The notes under the pieces are model-generated. The model had not been told where the DNA came from. It saw nothing but the letters and a program-made list of their open reading frames with translations, and did no database searches. The translations under genes and the position numbers were made by a program. Source: Candidatus Marinacidobacterium sp. (GTDB lineage: Bacteria; Acidobacteriota; Vicinamibacteria; Marinacidobacterales; Marinacidobacteraceae). From it: DNA of 64,000 nt. Below are positions 37,528 through 48,006 of this stretch, piece after piece. The stretch lies in NCBI GenBank assembly GCA_965220965.1, contig OZ244852.1, forward strand, positions 800,001-864,000, read 5' to 3'. Each line of letters begins with the position of its first letter. The stretch's first letter is position 1.

Positions 37528-38537
37528 GGGGAAGCCTCCACGAGGTCCGCGGCCGCGTAGCGGGCGCGGATGCCAGGGACGAGATAGCGGGAGAAGAGGG
37601 TCTCCCGGTCGTGCTCCGGGGCCCAGCCGAAGTCGCGGCGGGCGGCGCTGTCGTCGACCGCCCCGGGCCAGCTCGCGACGATCCGGTCCCGCGCCTCGTC
37701 GACCGAGGAGCGCACCACGACTCCGGGAAAGTCGCGGCGGACGCGGGCGATGACCTCGTCCGCCGAGAAACTGGGGCCGCCGATGTTGTACGCGTGGCGC
37801 CGAAGATCGGCCTTGTCGGCGTCGGCGAGCTGGAGAAAGCCCCGCACCGCGTCCGGCATGGAGCAGAACGGCAGCCGGGCGTCCGCCCGCACGAAGAAGG
37901 CGTAGGGCTCCCCCCGGGCCGCGGCGTGGAGCAGTTCGGGCGCCCAGTCGCTGGTTCCGCCCTGCGGCGCGGTGTCGCAGGAGATCAGCCCCGGGAACCG
38001 GATGGCCCGGAAGTCGAGGCCGGCGCACTCGCGCTCCATCGCCGCCCCGAGCCGCTCGATGTAGAGCTTCTGGTCGCCGTAGAGCGTGATGGGATCCAGA
38101 TGGTCTCCCTCGCCGATCGCGCCCGCCTCCGCCTTGGCGGCCCGGGACCCGAATCCGTAGACCGCGATGGAACTCGGGAACAGGAAGCGGACCGGCGCAG
38201 CCGGGGTCGCGTCGCGCGCGGCCATCTCGAGCAGATGGGCCGCCCCCTCCACGTTGACCCGGTGGGCCAGCGCCGGGACGGTCTCGGCGCGGGTGGAGAG
38301 GATGGCCGCGAGGTGAAACACCGTCCGCGCCCGGTAGCGCGCGCCGAACGCCGCCCAGAGCTCCCGGTCGAGGATGTCCCCCTGGAAGTGTTCCGTCGGG
38401 AGGGCCGCGGCTGCGGCCGGCGGGGGACGCAGGTCCACCGTCACGACGGCCTCGCCCCGGGCGCGCAGCGAGGTGACCAGCGCGGTTCCGATTTCCCCGG
38501 CGGAGCCGGTGACGAGCGTGACCGCGCGGCGGCTCAT
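37524..38537 (-). CDS. NAD-dependent epimerase/dehydratase-fold SDR, L-threonine 3-dehydrogenase-like
   Basis: TGSAGEIG, HLAAILS, PSSIA, YGDQK, RFPGLIS, GGTSDWA (TDH-like GGTTDYA). Confidence 0.8.
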   Translation of the reverse strand: MSRRAVTLVTGSAGEIGTALVTSLRARGEAVVTVDLRPPPAAAAALPTEHFQGDILDRELWAAFGARYRARTVFHLAAILSTRAETVPALAHRVNVEGAAHLLEMAARDATPAAPVRFLFPSSIAVYGFGSRAAKAEAGAIGEGDHLDPITLYGDQKLYIERLGAAMERECAGLDFRAIRFPGLISCDTAPQGGTSDWAPELLHAAARGEPYAFFVRADARLPFCSMPDAVRGFLQLADADKADLRRHAYNIGGPSFSADEVIARVRRDFPGVVVRSSVDEARDRIVASWPGAVDDSAARRDFGWAPEHDRETLFSRYLVPGIRARYAAADLVEASP

Positions 38538-39274
38538 GCGCCGCTCTCCTCCGACCCGGGTCGCCCCGCTTCGAGCGTCCGGCGCAGGAACGCTCCGAGA
38601 GCCCGGATTTCCTCCTCGCAGACCTCGTGACCCATGGCGTAGGAGCGGAAGTCCACGTTCCAGCCGTTCGCGCGGAGGGCGTCGCGGGTGGTGGTTCCAC
38701 CTGCGAAGGGGACGATCTCGTCGTGGAGTCCGTGCGCCAGGAAAACCGGCGCCGCCACCGGTCCGGCGGGCGCCGCTTCTTCGGGGAACGGGAGGTAGGA
38801 CGAGAGCGCGGCGAGTCCGGCGATGGCGGGCGGGGACGCGGCGTCGGGACCACGGGCGGCGGCCGCCGCGAGCGCCACCGCGCCCCCCTGCGAGAAGCCG
38901 ACGAGCGCGACCCGCTCCGGGGGGATCCCACGCTCGGCCTCGGCCGCGAGAAGAGCCCGGACCCCGGAAACGACCGCTTCCAGGTGTTCCCGGTTGAGGC
39001 GCCGCGAGTCGGCGATCGACTCGATGTCATACCAGGCGCGCATCCACATCCCGCCGTTCAGGGTGACCGGCCGGACCGGCGCCTCGGGGAACACGAAGCG
39101 GACTCCCAGTGCGGCGGGGAGGCGCAGCGCGGGCAGCACCGGGACGAAGTCCTGGCCATCGGCCCCGAGTCCATGGAGCCAGAACACGGTCGAGCGGTGG
39201 GCGCCGACCGGAGGGATCTCGACGAGATTCCACGCCGGGAGCGCGGCCGGAGCGGAAGCGGCCGTGGAGGTCAC
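38534..39274 (-). CDS. Carboxylesterase/phospholipase (alpha/beta hydrolase)
   Basis: WLHGLGADG, MRAWYDI, GFSQGG, HG..D..VP, MGHEV. Confidence 0.9.
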   Translation of the reverse strand: MTSTAASAPAALPAWNLVEIPPVGAHRSTVFWLHGLGADGQDFVPVLPALRLPAALGVRFVFPEAPVRPVTLNGGMWMRAWYDIESIADSRRLNREHLEAVVSGVRALLAAEAERGIPPERVALVGFSQGGAVALAAAAARGPDAASPPAIAGLAALSSYLPFPEEAAPAGPVAAPVFLAHGLHDEIVPFAGGTTTRDALRANGWNVDFRSYAMGHEVCEEEIRALGAFLRRTLEAGRPGSEESGA

Positions 39275-41694
39275 GCTGACTCGCTCAGGATCCGGTCGAG
39301 GACTTCGAGGTAGTGGTCGGCGTCATCGGCGCTGAAGGGCAGAGGGGGCTTGATCTTGATGACGTTCGCGTCCGCGCCGTCCGTGCTGTTCAGGATGTGC
39401 GCTCGCCGCATGCGATTCACCAGGCGGCTGGCCGTCCCGGTCGCGGGGTCGCGCGACCCGGGGTCGCTCACCAGTTCGAAACCGAGGAAGAGGCCGCGCC
39501 CCCGGACCTGCCCGATGACAGGGTACCGCTTCGCGAGTTCTTCGAGACCGGCGATGAGCCGTCCCCCGACGCGCTCGGCGTGCTCCGCCAGCCCTTCGTC
39601 CTCGAGAACGTCGAGCAACGCGAGCCCGGCGGCGCAGGAAACCGGATTGCCGCCGAAGGTGTTGAAGTACTCCATCCCGGTCTCGAACGAGCGCGCCAGC
39701 TCGCGGGTCGTCACGACCGCCCCCAGCGGGTGTCCGTTTCCGGCGGGCTTGCCCAGGGTCACGATGTCGGGAACGAGCGGCGGGGCGGCGTCCGGCGACG
39801 CCTGGACTTCGGCGAAGGCCCACATCGCGGGACCCACCCGCCCGAACCCGGTCTGGACTTCGTCGGCCACGATGACGCCGCCGGCCTCGCGGGCCGCCTG
39901 GTAGACGGCCCGCAGATACCCCGGAGGAGGAACGACCTGGCCTCCGCACCCCGGGATCGCCTCGGTGATCACCGTCGCCGCTCCCGCCTCGCTGATGCGG
40001 CGCTGCGCGTCCTCGATGAGCGAGCCGGGGAATCCGGGGTCTTCCTCGCGGAAGCGTCCGCGGAAGCCGTCGGGCAGCGGGAGCCGGTGGAGCCAGGGCG
40101 GTCCGGGCCGGCCGCCGGGGCCGTCCAGCTTGTACGGGCTGATCTCGATGAGCGAGGTGAGGTTGCCGTGGTAGGCGCCGTCGAAGACGACGGTGTCCGG
40201 GCGCCCGATCCGGCTCCTGGCGATCCGGAGCGCGAGGTCGTTCGCCTCGCTCCCGGAGTTCGTGAGGAACACGACCTCGAGCGGGTCCGGAAACGTCGCG
40301 AGCAGGCGTTCGGCGTAGTCGGTGAGCTGGCGATAGAGGTAGCGGGTGTTCGTGTTGAGCCGGGCGGCCTGGCGGGCGATCGCCTCCGCCACCCGGGGGT
40401 GGGCGTGGCCGACATGGCAGACGTTGTTCACCATGTCGAGGTAGGCGCGCCCATCCGCGTCGTAGAGCCGCGCCCCCTCGCCCCCCACCATGTGGATGGG
40501 CTCGTCGTAGGACACGCTGAGCGCCCCACTGAACCGCGCGCGCCGGCTGGCCAGGAGCGCCGCAGCGTCGGGCGCCGGCTCGCCCGGCTGCCGAGAGGAC
40601 GTTCCGGTTCCGTTGCTGGTGTGGCCCGCCGCATCGAGGAAGCGCGCGGCGGCGTCCGCTACCGTCGATCCATCGAGTTCCGCCAGCACCCGCCAGACTC
40701 CGCTCTCGCTGACCTGCAGGTCGCTCTCGCCCTCCGCGCCGGAGCCGGGACGCCGGCGGATCGCGGCGATGCCGGCGCTGACCAGCGCCCGCAAGGCGAG
40801 CGCCGTCCGGAACGCGGCCGCCTCCTCCCGCGTCAGCGGCCGCTCCCCGGCGAACCCCGCCAGAACCGAGGCGGCGGCGGTGAGGGGGCTCGCCGCGGGA
40901 CCGGCGAGATAGAGCGCCGCGGTGGCCGCCTCCACGATCCCCGGCGCCTCGAGCGCGTCCCCGAAGTCGAGCGCGGCCAGGTCTTCCGGACCGGCGTTGA
41001 CCGGCGAGCCGGCGGCCAGCAGCAGGTTGTCGTCGTTCAGGTCGTTGTGGAGCGCAGCCGGGGGAAGCTCGAGGAGACGGCCCAGATCGGAGCGGATCGA
41101 CTCCGCCACCCGGCGGTAGAGGCCGGCGCGCTCCGGGGAGGCGATGGCGGTCGCGCCGAGGGCGATGACCCGCCCGGCGTGGCGGGGGGCCCATGGAAGG
41201 TCCTGCGCTTCGAGCCCGGGATGTCGGAAGCCGGCCAGCGCGCGCTGGAGCCGCCCGGCGAACCGGCCGGCCGCCTCCAGCAGGGCGTCGGTGGGCCGAG
41301 GGAAGACCGACAGCGCGACTCCGTCCTGATGGTGGAGAAGCCGGACGGCGTGGACCCGTCCGGCGAACTCCCGGTGGACGAGGCCCTCGCCGCCGGGCGC
41401 CGGCGCGAGGCGGGGCAGGCGGAGGCGGGGATCCCGCCGCCGGGCGTGCGCCGGCATCGCCGTCTGGAGATCCAGCCGGTCGGCAATTTCCGCCGCGCCC
41501 GAGATCTTGAGTACGAACCGCTCCCCGGACGCGGAGGTCAGGAGGAAGTTCCGGTCGCGCTCGCCGGAGAGAGGGGTCGCCTCCGCTTCGATGCCCCAGA
41601 CCTCGCGGACGACCGCGGCCGCTCCGGCGGGATCGAGCGACGGACGTCCGGAGACCGGGTCGAGGAGCGACAGGGGGTCGGCCGGCGACGTCAT
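39271..41694 (-). CDS. Fused APH-like kinase / class III PLP aminotransferase (phospho-lyase-like)
   Basis: GERDRNF, HNDLNDDNLL, LDFGD kinase motifs; YLDMVNNVCHVGH, NTNTRY, SGSEAND, DEVQTGFGR, TLGKP; ATG overlaps the ALDH stop (TGATG). Confidence 0.88.
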   Translation of the reverse strand: MTSPADPLSLLDPVSGRPSLDPAGAAAVVREVWGIEAEATPLSGERDRNFLLTSASGERFVLKISGAAEIADRLDLQTAMPAHARRRDPRLRLPRLAPAPGGEGLVHREFAGRVHAVRLLHHQDGVALSVFPRPTDALLEAAGRFAGRLQRALAGFRHPGLEAQDLPWAPRHAGRVIALGATAIASPERAGLYRRVAESIRSDLGRLLELPPAALHNDLNDDNLLLAAGSPVNAGPEDLAALDFGDALEAPGIVEAATAALYLAGPAASPLTAAASVLAGFAGERPLTREEAAAFRTALALRALVSAGIAAIRRRPGSGAEGESDLQVSESGVWRVLAELDGSTVADAAARFLDAAGHTSNGTGTSSRQPGEPAPDAAALLASRRARFSGALSVSYDEPIHMVGGEGARLYDADGRAYLDMVNNVCHVGHAHPRVAEAIARQAARLNTNTRYLYRQLTDYAERLLATFPDPLEVVFLTNSGSEANDLALRIARSRIGRPDTVVFDGAYHGNLTSLIEISPYKLDGPGGRPGPPWLHRLPLPDGFRGRFREEDPGFPGSLIEDAQRRISEAGAATVITEAIPGCGGQVVPPPGYLRAVYQAAREAGGVIVADEVQTGFGRVGPAMWAFAEVQASPDAAPPLVPDIVTLGKPAGNGHPLGAVVTTRELARSFETGMEYFNTFGGNPVSCAAGLALLDVLEDEGLAEHAERVGGRLIAGLEELAKRYPVIGQVRGRGLFLGFELVSDPGSRDPATGTASRLVNRMRRAHILNSTDGADANVIKIKPPLPFSADDADHYLEVLDRILSESA

Positions 41695-43070
41695 CAGCGG
41701 AGTACGCGCCGCAGCACCGAGAGCTTGCCGCCGTACGGCGGGTAGCGGAGCGGGACGTCCAGCCACCTCGAGGCGGAGAACCAGGCGCGCTGCTGCGAGA
41801 GCCGGTCGAAGCCGTGAACCCCGTGGTAAGCGCCGAAGCCGCTCCGGCCCACGCCCCCGAAGGGAAGCGCGGGGTTGGCGCAGTGGACGACCGCGTCGTT
41901 CACCAGCACCGCCCCCGAGCGCACCGCCGCCGCCGCGGCCCGGACGACCCGCCGGCGGCGGGAGAAGACGTGGAGGACCAGCGGATCGGGATGCCGGGCG
42001 AGTTCGGCGAGCGCGTCGTCCAGCTTCCGGTACGGCAGCAGCGGCAGGATGGGTCCGAAGAGCTCCTCGCTGGCGGCCGGATGCCCCTCCGGCCAGGGGC
42101 CCGTCACGGTGGGGGCGAAGCGGAGCGTTTCCCGGTCCCGCTCTCCCCCGCGGAGCAGCGGCAGGCCGTCCAGCATGCCGGTCAGCCGGTCGAAGTGGGC
42201 GCGGTGGACGATCCGGCCGAAGTCGGGACTGCTGGCGGGGTCCTCCCCGTAGAACCCGTCGAGTGCGCGGAACAGTTCGCTCCGGAAGCGGTCGTATTGG
42301 CTCGCCGGGACGAGGACGAAGTCGGGCGCTACGCAGGTCTGCCCCGCGTTCAGGAATTTCCCCCACGCCAACCGGCGGGCGGCCAGGCGGATATTGGCCT
42401 TCTCATCGATCAGGGCCGGACATTTTCCTCCCAATTCGAGCGTAACCGGGGTCAAAGTCCGTCCGGCGGCCTCGGCGACGCGCGCTCCCGCGGCGCGGCT
42501 CCCGGTGAAGACGATGTGGTCGAAGGAACCGGAGGAGGCGAGCGCGGCCCCGGTCCGGGCGTCCCCGGAAACGACCTCGATGTGCCCCTCGGCCAGGACT
42601 CCCGGAACCCGCGCCGCGAGCAGCCCCGCGGTCGCCGGGGCGTGTTCCGAGGGCTTCAGCACCACCGTGTTGCCCGCCGCGATCGCCGCGACCGCCGGCC
42701 CAAGGCTCAACTGCAGGGGGTAGTTCCAGGGGGCGATCACCAGGACGACCCCCAGGGGCTCGGAGGTGATCCGGCTGCGCGCCGGCATCGTGGCCAGCGC
42801 GGTGGAGACCCGCTGCGGGCGCATCCAGCGGCGCAGGTTTCGGCGGGCCTGGCGGGCCTCCTGGACGACGAGACCGGTCTGCGCCGCCCACGCCTCGAAC
42901 GGCGGACACCCGAGATCCTCCGCCAGCGCCCCCTCCCACGCCGCGCGGTCCTCCACCAGGAGGCGCTCGAGCGCCCGGAGCGCGCCGCGACGGAACGCGA
43001 TCTCCCGCGGAGCGCCCGAAGACGCGAGACTCCGGGCCCGCTCGACGGCTCGCGTCAGCCCCTCGTCCAC
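41694..43070 (-). CDS. Aldehyde dehydrogenase (ALDH3-like)
   Basis: PWNYP, KPSE, FTGS, LELGGK, GQTCVAPD, EELFGP, PFGGVG.SG. Confidence 0.93.
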   Translation of the reverse strand: MDEGLTRAVERARSLASSGAPREIAFRRGALRALERLLVEDRAAWEGALAEDLGCPPFEAWAAQTGLVVQEARQARRNLRRWMRPQRVSTALATMPARSRITSEPLGVVLVIAPWNYPLQLSLGPAVAAIAAGNTVVLKPSEHAPATAGLLAARVPGVLAEGHIEVVSGDARTGAALASSGSFDHIVFTGSRAAGARVAEAAGRTLTPVTLELGGKCPALIDEKANIRLAARRLAWGKFLNAGQTCVAPDFVLVPASQYDRFRSELFRALDGFYGEDPASSPDFGRIVHRAHFDRLTGMLDGLPLLRGGERDRETLRFAPTVTGPWPEGHPAASEELFGPILPLLPYRKLDDALAELARHPDPLVLHVFSRRRRVVRAAAAAVRSGAVLVNDAVVHCANPALPFGGVGRSGFGAYHGVHGFDRLSQQRAWFSASRWLDVPLRYPPYGGKLSVLRRVLR

Positions 43071-43115
43071 CTCGGCCGCGCAGTATAGGGGGCGCGGGTA
43101 GACTCGCGGGCCGCC

Positions 43116-43784
43116 GTGTCGTATCCGATTCCTGACTCAGCTCTCCCGTCGCCACGGGCCGCGCTTCCTGGCCGCGCCGAGGCGATGCCGGTTCCCGCGC
43201 GCCACTTCGTGCTGGACGCCCCGCTCACTCCGCCCTGGCCCGAGGGCGTTGCGGAGACCTTCTTCGGCATGGGGTGCTTCTGGGGCGCCGAGCGGCTGTT
43301 CTGGAAGATTCCCGGGGTCTACACCACGGCCGTCGGCTTCGCGGGCGGCGTCACTCCGAACCCCTCCTACCGCGAGGTGTGCACCGGCGCCACCGGGCAC
43401 GCCGAGATCGTGCGCGTCGTCTTTCGACCGGAGCAGGTCTCGTTCGTCGAGCTGTTGCGCACCTTCTGGGAGCAGCACGACCCGACGCAGGGGATGCGGC
43501 AGGGGAACGACATCGGGACGCAGTACCGCTCCGCCATCTATGCCGTGGGCGGGGAGCAGCTCCGGGAGGCGCGCGCCGCGCAGGGCGTCTACGCCGAGCG
43601 GCTCGGCGCCGCCGGGTTCGGCGCGATCACGACCGAGATCCGCGACGCGCCGGACTTCTTCTACGCCGAGGAATACCACCAGCAGTACCTCGCGAAGAAC
43701 CCGGCCGGATACTGCGGGATCGGGGGAACCGGGGTGTCCTGCCCGGCGCCTCCCCCGAACGGCGCGGGCGCCAACGGGGCGTGA
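43116..43784 (+). CDS. msrA: Peptide methionine sulfoxide reductase MsrA
   Basis: [39 protein letters not shown]. Confidence 0.97.
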   Translation: MSYPIPDSALPSPRAALPGRAEAMPVPARHFVLDAPLTPPWPEGVAETFFGMGCFWGAERLFWKIPGVYTTAVGFAGGVTPNPSYREVCTGATGHAEIVRVVFRPEQVSFVELLRTFWEQHDPTQGMRQGNDIGTQYRSAIYAVGGEQLREARAAQGVYAERLGAAGFGAITTEIRDAPDFFYAEEYHQQYLAKNPAGYCGIGGTGVSCPAPPPNGAGANGA

Positions 43785-44197
43785 GCGCCTCGTCCGCGAG
43801 CCCCGCCGGGACGGGGGACGCTGACCCCCGCGACGAGGCTTCGGAGGCCGCCCTCAAGGCCCGGTCGCTCGGGCTCGGCGGCGTCCGGCGGCACATCTTC
43901 CTGTGCGCCGACGCCTCGAACCCCAAGTGTTGCCCTCCGGACCTCGCCGACCGGTCCTGGCGCCACCTGAAGGCGCGCCTCGACGAGCTGGGCCTGGCCT
44001 GCGGGCCCGCCGGCGGCCCCGTCGCCCGCACCAAGGCCAATTGTCTGCGGATCTGCGCCGAGGGGCCGATCGCGGTCGTCTACCCGGAGGGCGTCTGGTA
44101 CCGGGGCATGACCCCCGAGGCGCTCGACCGGGTCATCGAGAGCCACCTCGCCGGCGGCGCGCCGGTTCCCGAGCACCGCATCCCGACGCCCCGCTGA
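43781..44197 (+). CDS. Thioredoxin-like [2Fe-2S] ferredoxin
   Basis: HIFLC...[18 protein letters not shown]; GTGA overlap with msrA. Confidence 0.88.
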   Translation: MSASSASPAGTGDADPRDEASEAALKARSLGLGGVRRHIFLCADASNPKCCPPDLADRSWRHLKARLDELGLACGPAGGPVARTKANCLRICAEGPIAVVYPEGVWYRGMTPEALDRVIESHLAGGAPVPEHRIPTPR

Positions 44198-44213
44198 GCC
44201 CCGGGGGCCGCCG

Positions 44214-47200
44214 CTACAGGACGCGGCGGAGGAGCGTCTCCGCCTCGGCGGGCGTGATGCCGCGCCGGGCGGCGTAGTCCTCGAGCTGGTCCCTCCCGAT
44301 CCTGCCGACCGAGAAGTAGCGGGCCTCGGGGCTCGCGAAGTAGAGCCCGGCGACCGACGCGGTCGGGGTGATCGCGAAGGACTCGGTGAGACGGACGCCG
44401 ATCGCCGCCTCGGCGTCGAGGGCGTCGAAGATCTCGCGCGCGATCCCGGGGTCCGGGGTCCCCGGGTAGCCGGGAGCGGGCCGGATCCCGCGGTAGCGCT
44501 CGCGGAGGAGGTCCTCGGGTTCCAGGTTTTCCTCTTCGCCGTACCCCAGCTCGCGGCGCGCCGTCTCGTGGAGCTTCTCGGCGAGCGCCTCGGCGAGCCG
44601 GTCGGCGAGCGACCGCAGGAGGAGCGCGTCGTAGTCGTCGCTGGCGCGTTCGGCGGCGGCCACCGCCGTCTCGAGGCCGAGGCCGGCGGTGACGGCGAAC
44701 ATGCCGACCACATCCGCCCCTCCGGCGGCCGGGGCGCCGGCGCCGCCGTCCCCGAGGAAGTCGGCGAGCGCCAGGCGGGGCCCCTTCCGGTCTTCCTGCT
44801 GGCGAAGCGTCGGGATCCGGAACCGGGGCGGGCCGGACGCCGAGCGCGGTTCCCACACCAGGATGTCGTCGCCCTCCCGCGCGGCCGGGAAGAACCCGTA
44901 GACCGCGGCGGCGCGCAGTTCGTCGCCGGTGGCGAGCGCCGCGGCCCGGGCGCGGGCGGCGGCGAGCAGCTCGCGGGCCGCCGATCCGGAGTCCGGGTGA
45001 TCCAGCAACGCCGGGAAGGTTCCCCGGAACTGCCAGGCGTGGAAGAACGGGGTCCAGTCGATGTAGGGGAGCAGCTCCCGGATCGCGATCTCGCGCAGGA
45101 CGCGCACCCCCAGGAACCGGGGCCGGACATCCGTGGCCCGGGGGAAGCGGGGCGCGCGCCGGCGGGCCTCGGCGAGCGACAGCAGCGGCGGCCGCCCCTC
45201 CTCGCCGCGCTCGCGCAGCCGGCTCTGGGACCGCCGCAGTTCGGCGACATAGTCCTCCCGCTCGTCGCCCAGCAGGGACCGCGCGACCCCGGACGCCAGC
45301 GAGGCGTCCCGGACGTGGACCACCGGGCCGGAGCGGGTGGGGGCGAGGCGCAGCGCGGTGTGGCGCGCCGAGGTCGTGGCGCCGCCGATGAGGAGCGGCC
45401 GGTGGTCGCCGCGGCGCTCCATCTCGACGGCGAACCGCTCCATCTCGGCGAGCGACGGGGTGATGAGTCCGGAGAGCCCGACGAGCGCCGCGCCCCCGGC
45501 GTTGGCGCGCTCGAGGATCCGGTCGGCGGGGACCATGACCCCGAGGTCGTCGACCTCGTAGCCGTTGCACGCCAGCACGATCCCCACGATGCTCTTCCCG
45601 ATGTCGTGAACATCCCCCTTCACGGTGGCGAGGACGATCCGGTCGCGGCGATCCGCGGCCTGCTCGTCGTTCCGCATGAAGGGTTCGAGCCGGGCGACCG
45701 CCCGCTTCATGACGCGGGCGCTCTTGACCACCTGGGGCAGGAACATCCGTCCATCGCCGAACCGCTCGCCCACGACCCGCATCCCGTCCATCAGCGGTCC
45801 CTCGATCACCCCGAGGGCCGACCCGATCCCGGCGAGCGCCTCGTCGGTGTCGGCCTCGATGAAGTCGGTGAAGCCCTGAACGACGGCGTGGGCGAGCCGC
45901 TCTTCGACCGGCAGCGCGCGCCAGGCGTCGTCCGCGCCGCGGCTGGAAGCCTGGGCGCGGGCCTCCGAGGCCACCTCGAGAAGCCGCTCCGACGCGTCCG
46001 GTCGGCGCGCCAGGACCACATCCTCCACCCGCTCGCGCAGGTCTTCGGGGATGTCGTCGTAGGCCGGGAGGCGGCCGGCGTTCACGATCCCCATATCGAG
46101 GCCGGCGGCGATGGCGTGGTGGAGGAACACCGCGTTCATCGCCTGTCGCACGCCCTCGTTGCCGCGGAAGGCGAACGAGAGATTCGAGACCCCCCCGGAG
46201 AGCAGCGATCCGGGACAGGCCTCGCGGATCCGGGGAAGCGCGTTCAGGAACTCGAGCGCATAGCGGTCGTGCTCCGCGATCCCGGTGGCGACCGCGAGGA
46301 CGTTCGGGTCGAAGGCGATGTCCCCCGGCGGAACCCCGATGCCGGTGAGGAGGCGGTAGGCGCGGGCGCAGATCGCGGTCTTGCGGTCGGCGTCGACCGC
46401 CTGGCCCTCCTCGTCGAACGCCATCACGATGAGCGCGGCGCCGTAGCGGCGCACCCGCCGCGCGGAGTCGAGGAAAGCCTCCTCCCCGTCCTTGAGCGAG
46501 AGCGAGTTCACCACGCCCTTGCCGGGAAGCTGGCGGAGCCCGGCCTCGATCACGTCGAGGTCGGAGCTGTCCACGACCACCGGCAGCCGGGCGATGTCCG
46601 GCTCCATCGCCACCAGCCGCAGGAACCGGCTCATGCAGCCGGCCGAGTCGAGGAGCGCCTCGTCCATGTTGACGTCGATGAGGTTCGCGCCCCCGGCCAC
46701 CTGATCCTGCGCCACGCCGATGGCGGCCTCGAAGCGCTCGCGCCGGATGAGCCGCGCGAACCGGCGCGAGCCGGTGACGTTCGTGCGTTCGCCGACGATG
46801 AGGAAGGCCCGCTCCGGCCGCACCAGTGGCTCGTTTCCGGCGAGGCGCAGTCCGGACCGGGCGGCGGGGACCTCGCGCGGCGCCGCGCCCCGGAGCGCCT
46901 TCCGGACGGCGTCGATGTGCTCCGGCGTCGTGCCGCAGCAGCCCCCGGTGAAGTTGAGCAGGCCCTGGCGCGCGAGGTCCCGGAGCGCCGACGCGGTGGC
47001 GACGGGGATCTCGTCGTAGCCGCCGAGTTCGTTCGGCAGTCCGGCGTTCGGGACGGCGCCCACCGGGACCGGGGCGTAGCGCGCCATGCGCTCCAGGATC
47101 GGACCCATCGCCTCCGCGCCGAGCGAGCAGTTCACCCCGGCCGCCGTGACGCCGGCGTGCTCGACGGACACCCAGAACGCCTCGGCGTCCTGCCCCGTCA

Positions 47201-47870
47201 GGTTCCGGCCTCCCTGATCCACCGCGGTGAACGAGACCAGGAGCCCGGGGTCACCGGGGGCCTCGGACATCGCCTCGGCGCAGGCGTCGAGCGCCGCCTT
47301 GGCGTTCAGCGTGTCGAAGCAGGTCTCGACCAGCAGCAGGTCCGCCCCGCCGGCGAGGAGCCCTCGCGCCTGTTCCAGGTAGGCGGCGCGGAGTTCCTCC
47401 CAGCCGATGGCCCGGTACGCCGGATCGGCCACATCGGGCGACACGCTGAGCGTCCGGTTCGTCGGGCCCATCGAGCCCAGCACGAACACCGGCCGGTCGG
47501 GCTGGAACGCCTCGATGGCGCGACGGGCGACGCGGGCGCCGGCGCGGTTGATCTCGAACGCGAAGTCCTCGAGGCCGTAGTCGGTGAGGGAGACCGCGGT
47601 CCCGTTGAACGTGTTCGTGGTGAGCGCATCGGCGCCCGCCGCGAGGTAGTCCAGGTGGACGCGCTCCACGAGCTCCGGACCGGTGAGGCAGAGGACGTCG
47701 TGAAGCCCCGCGAGCGGTTTCGGGTGTTCCCGGAGCCGGTCGCCGCGGAAGGCGGACTCCTCCAGCCGCAGCGCCTGAAGCATCGTCCCGATCGCCCCGT
47801 CGAACACGAGGATGCGCTCGCCGAGCGCCTCCCGGAAGGCGGCCCGGCCGCCGCGCGCCGCGCCGCTCAT
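44214..47870 (-). CDS. metH: Cobalamin-dependent methionine synthase
   Basis: [31 protein letters not shown]12 motif, RPAPGYP reactivation domain. Confidence 0.97.
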   Translation of the reverse strand: MSGAARGGRAAFREALGERILVFDGAIGTMLQALRLEESAFRGDRLREHPKPLAGLHDVLCLTGPELVERVHLDYLAAGADALTTNTFNGTAVSLTDYGLEDFAFEINRAGARVARRAIEAFQPDRPVFVLGSMGPTNRTLSVSPDVADPAYRAIGWEELRAAYLEQARGLLAGGADLLLVETCFDTLNAKAALDACAEAMSEAPGDPGLLVSFTAVDQGGRNLTGQDAEAFWVSVEHAGVTAAGVNCSLGAEAMGPILERMARYAPVPVGAVPNAGLPNELGGYDEIPVATASALRDLARQGLLNFTGGCCGTTPEHIDAVRKALRGAAPREVPAARSGLRLAGNEPLVRPERAFLIVGERTNVTGSRRFARLIRRERFEAAIGVAQDQVAGGANLIDVNMDEALLDSAGCMSRFLRLVAMEPDIARLPVVVDSSDLDVIEAGLRQLPGKGVVNSLSLKDGEEAFLDSARRVRRYGAALIVMAFDEEGQAVDADRKTAICARAYRLLTGIGVPPGDIAFDPNVLAVATGIAEHDRYALEFLNALPRIREACPGSLLSGGVSNLSFAFRGNEGVRQAMNAVFLHHAIAAGLDMGIVNAGRLPAYDDIPEDLRERVEDVVLARRPDASERLLEVASEARAQASSRGADDAWRALPVEERLAHAVVQGFTDFIEADTDEALAGIGSALGVIEGPLMDGMRVVGERFGDGRMFLPQVVKSARVMKRAVARLEPFMRNDEQAADRRDRIVLATVKGDVHDIGKSIVGIVLACNGYEVDDLGVMVPADRILERANAGGAALVGLSGLITPSLAEMERFAVEMERRGDHRPLLIGGATTSARHTALRLAPTRSGPVVHVRDASLASGVARSLLGDEREDYVAELRRSQSRLRERGEEGRPPLLSLAEARRRAPRFPRATDVRPRFLGVRVLREIAIRELLPYIDWTPFFHAWQFRGTFPALLDHPDSGSAARELLAAARARAAALATGDELRAAAVYGFFPAAREGDDILVWEPRSASGPPRFRIPTLRQQEDRKGPRLALADFLGDGGAGAPAAGGADVVGMFAVTAGLGLETAVAAAERASDDYDALLLRSLADRLAEALAEKLHETARRELGYGEEENLEPEDLLRERYRGIRPAPGYPGTPDPGIAREIFDALDAEAAIGVRLTESFAITPTASVAGLYFASPEARYFSVGRIGRDQLEDYAARRGITPAEAETLLRRVL

Positions 47871-48006
47871 GCTGGCGCGCAGTCTAGGGCGGCCCCAGTC
47901 GGTCTCCGGGCCGCCCGGTACCATCCCCGAGCCTCGCCGGATGGCCGGGCGGGCCGCTCCGGAGCCCGTCCCGCCCGGGCGGGCGTTGACAACAGGCTCC
48001 CCGCTC

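Noticed and set aside
47871-48006. Possible SAM or cobalamin riboswitch upstream of metH
   Set aside because: No consensus elements visible, and a -10-like box lies only 10 nt from the start codon
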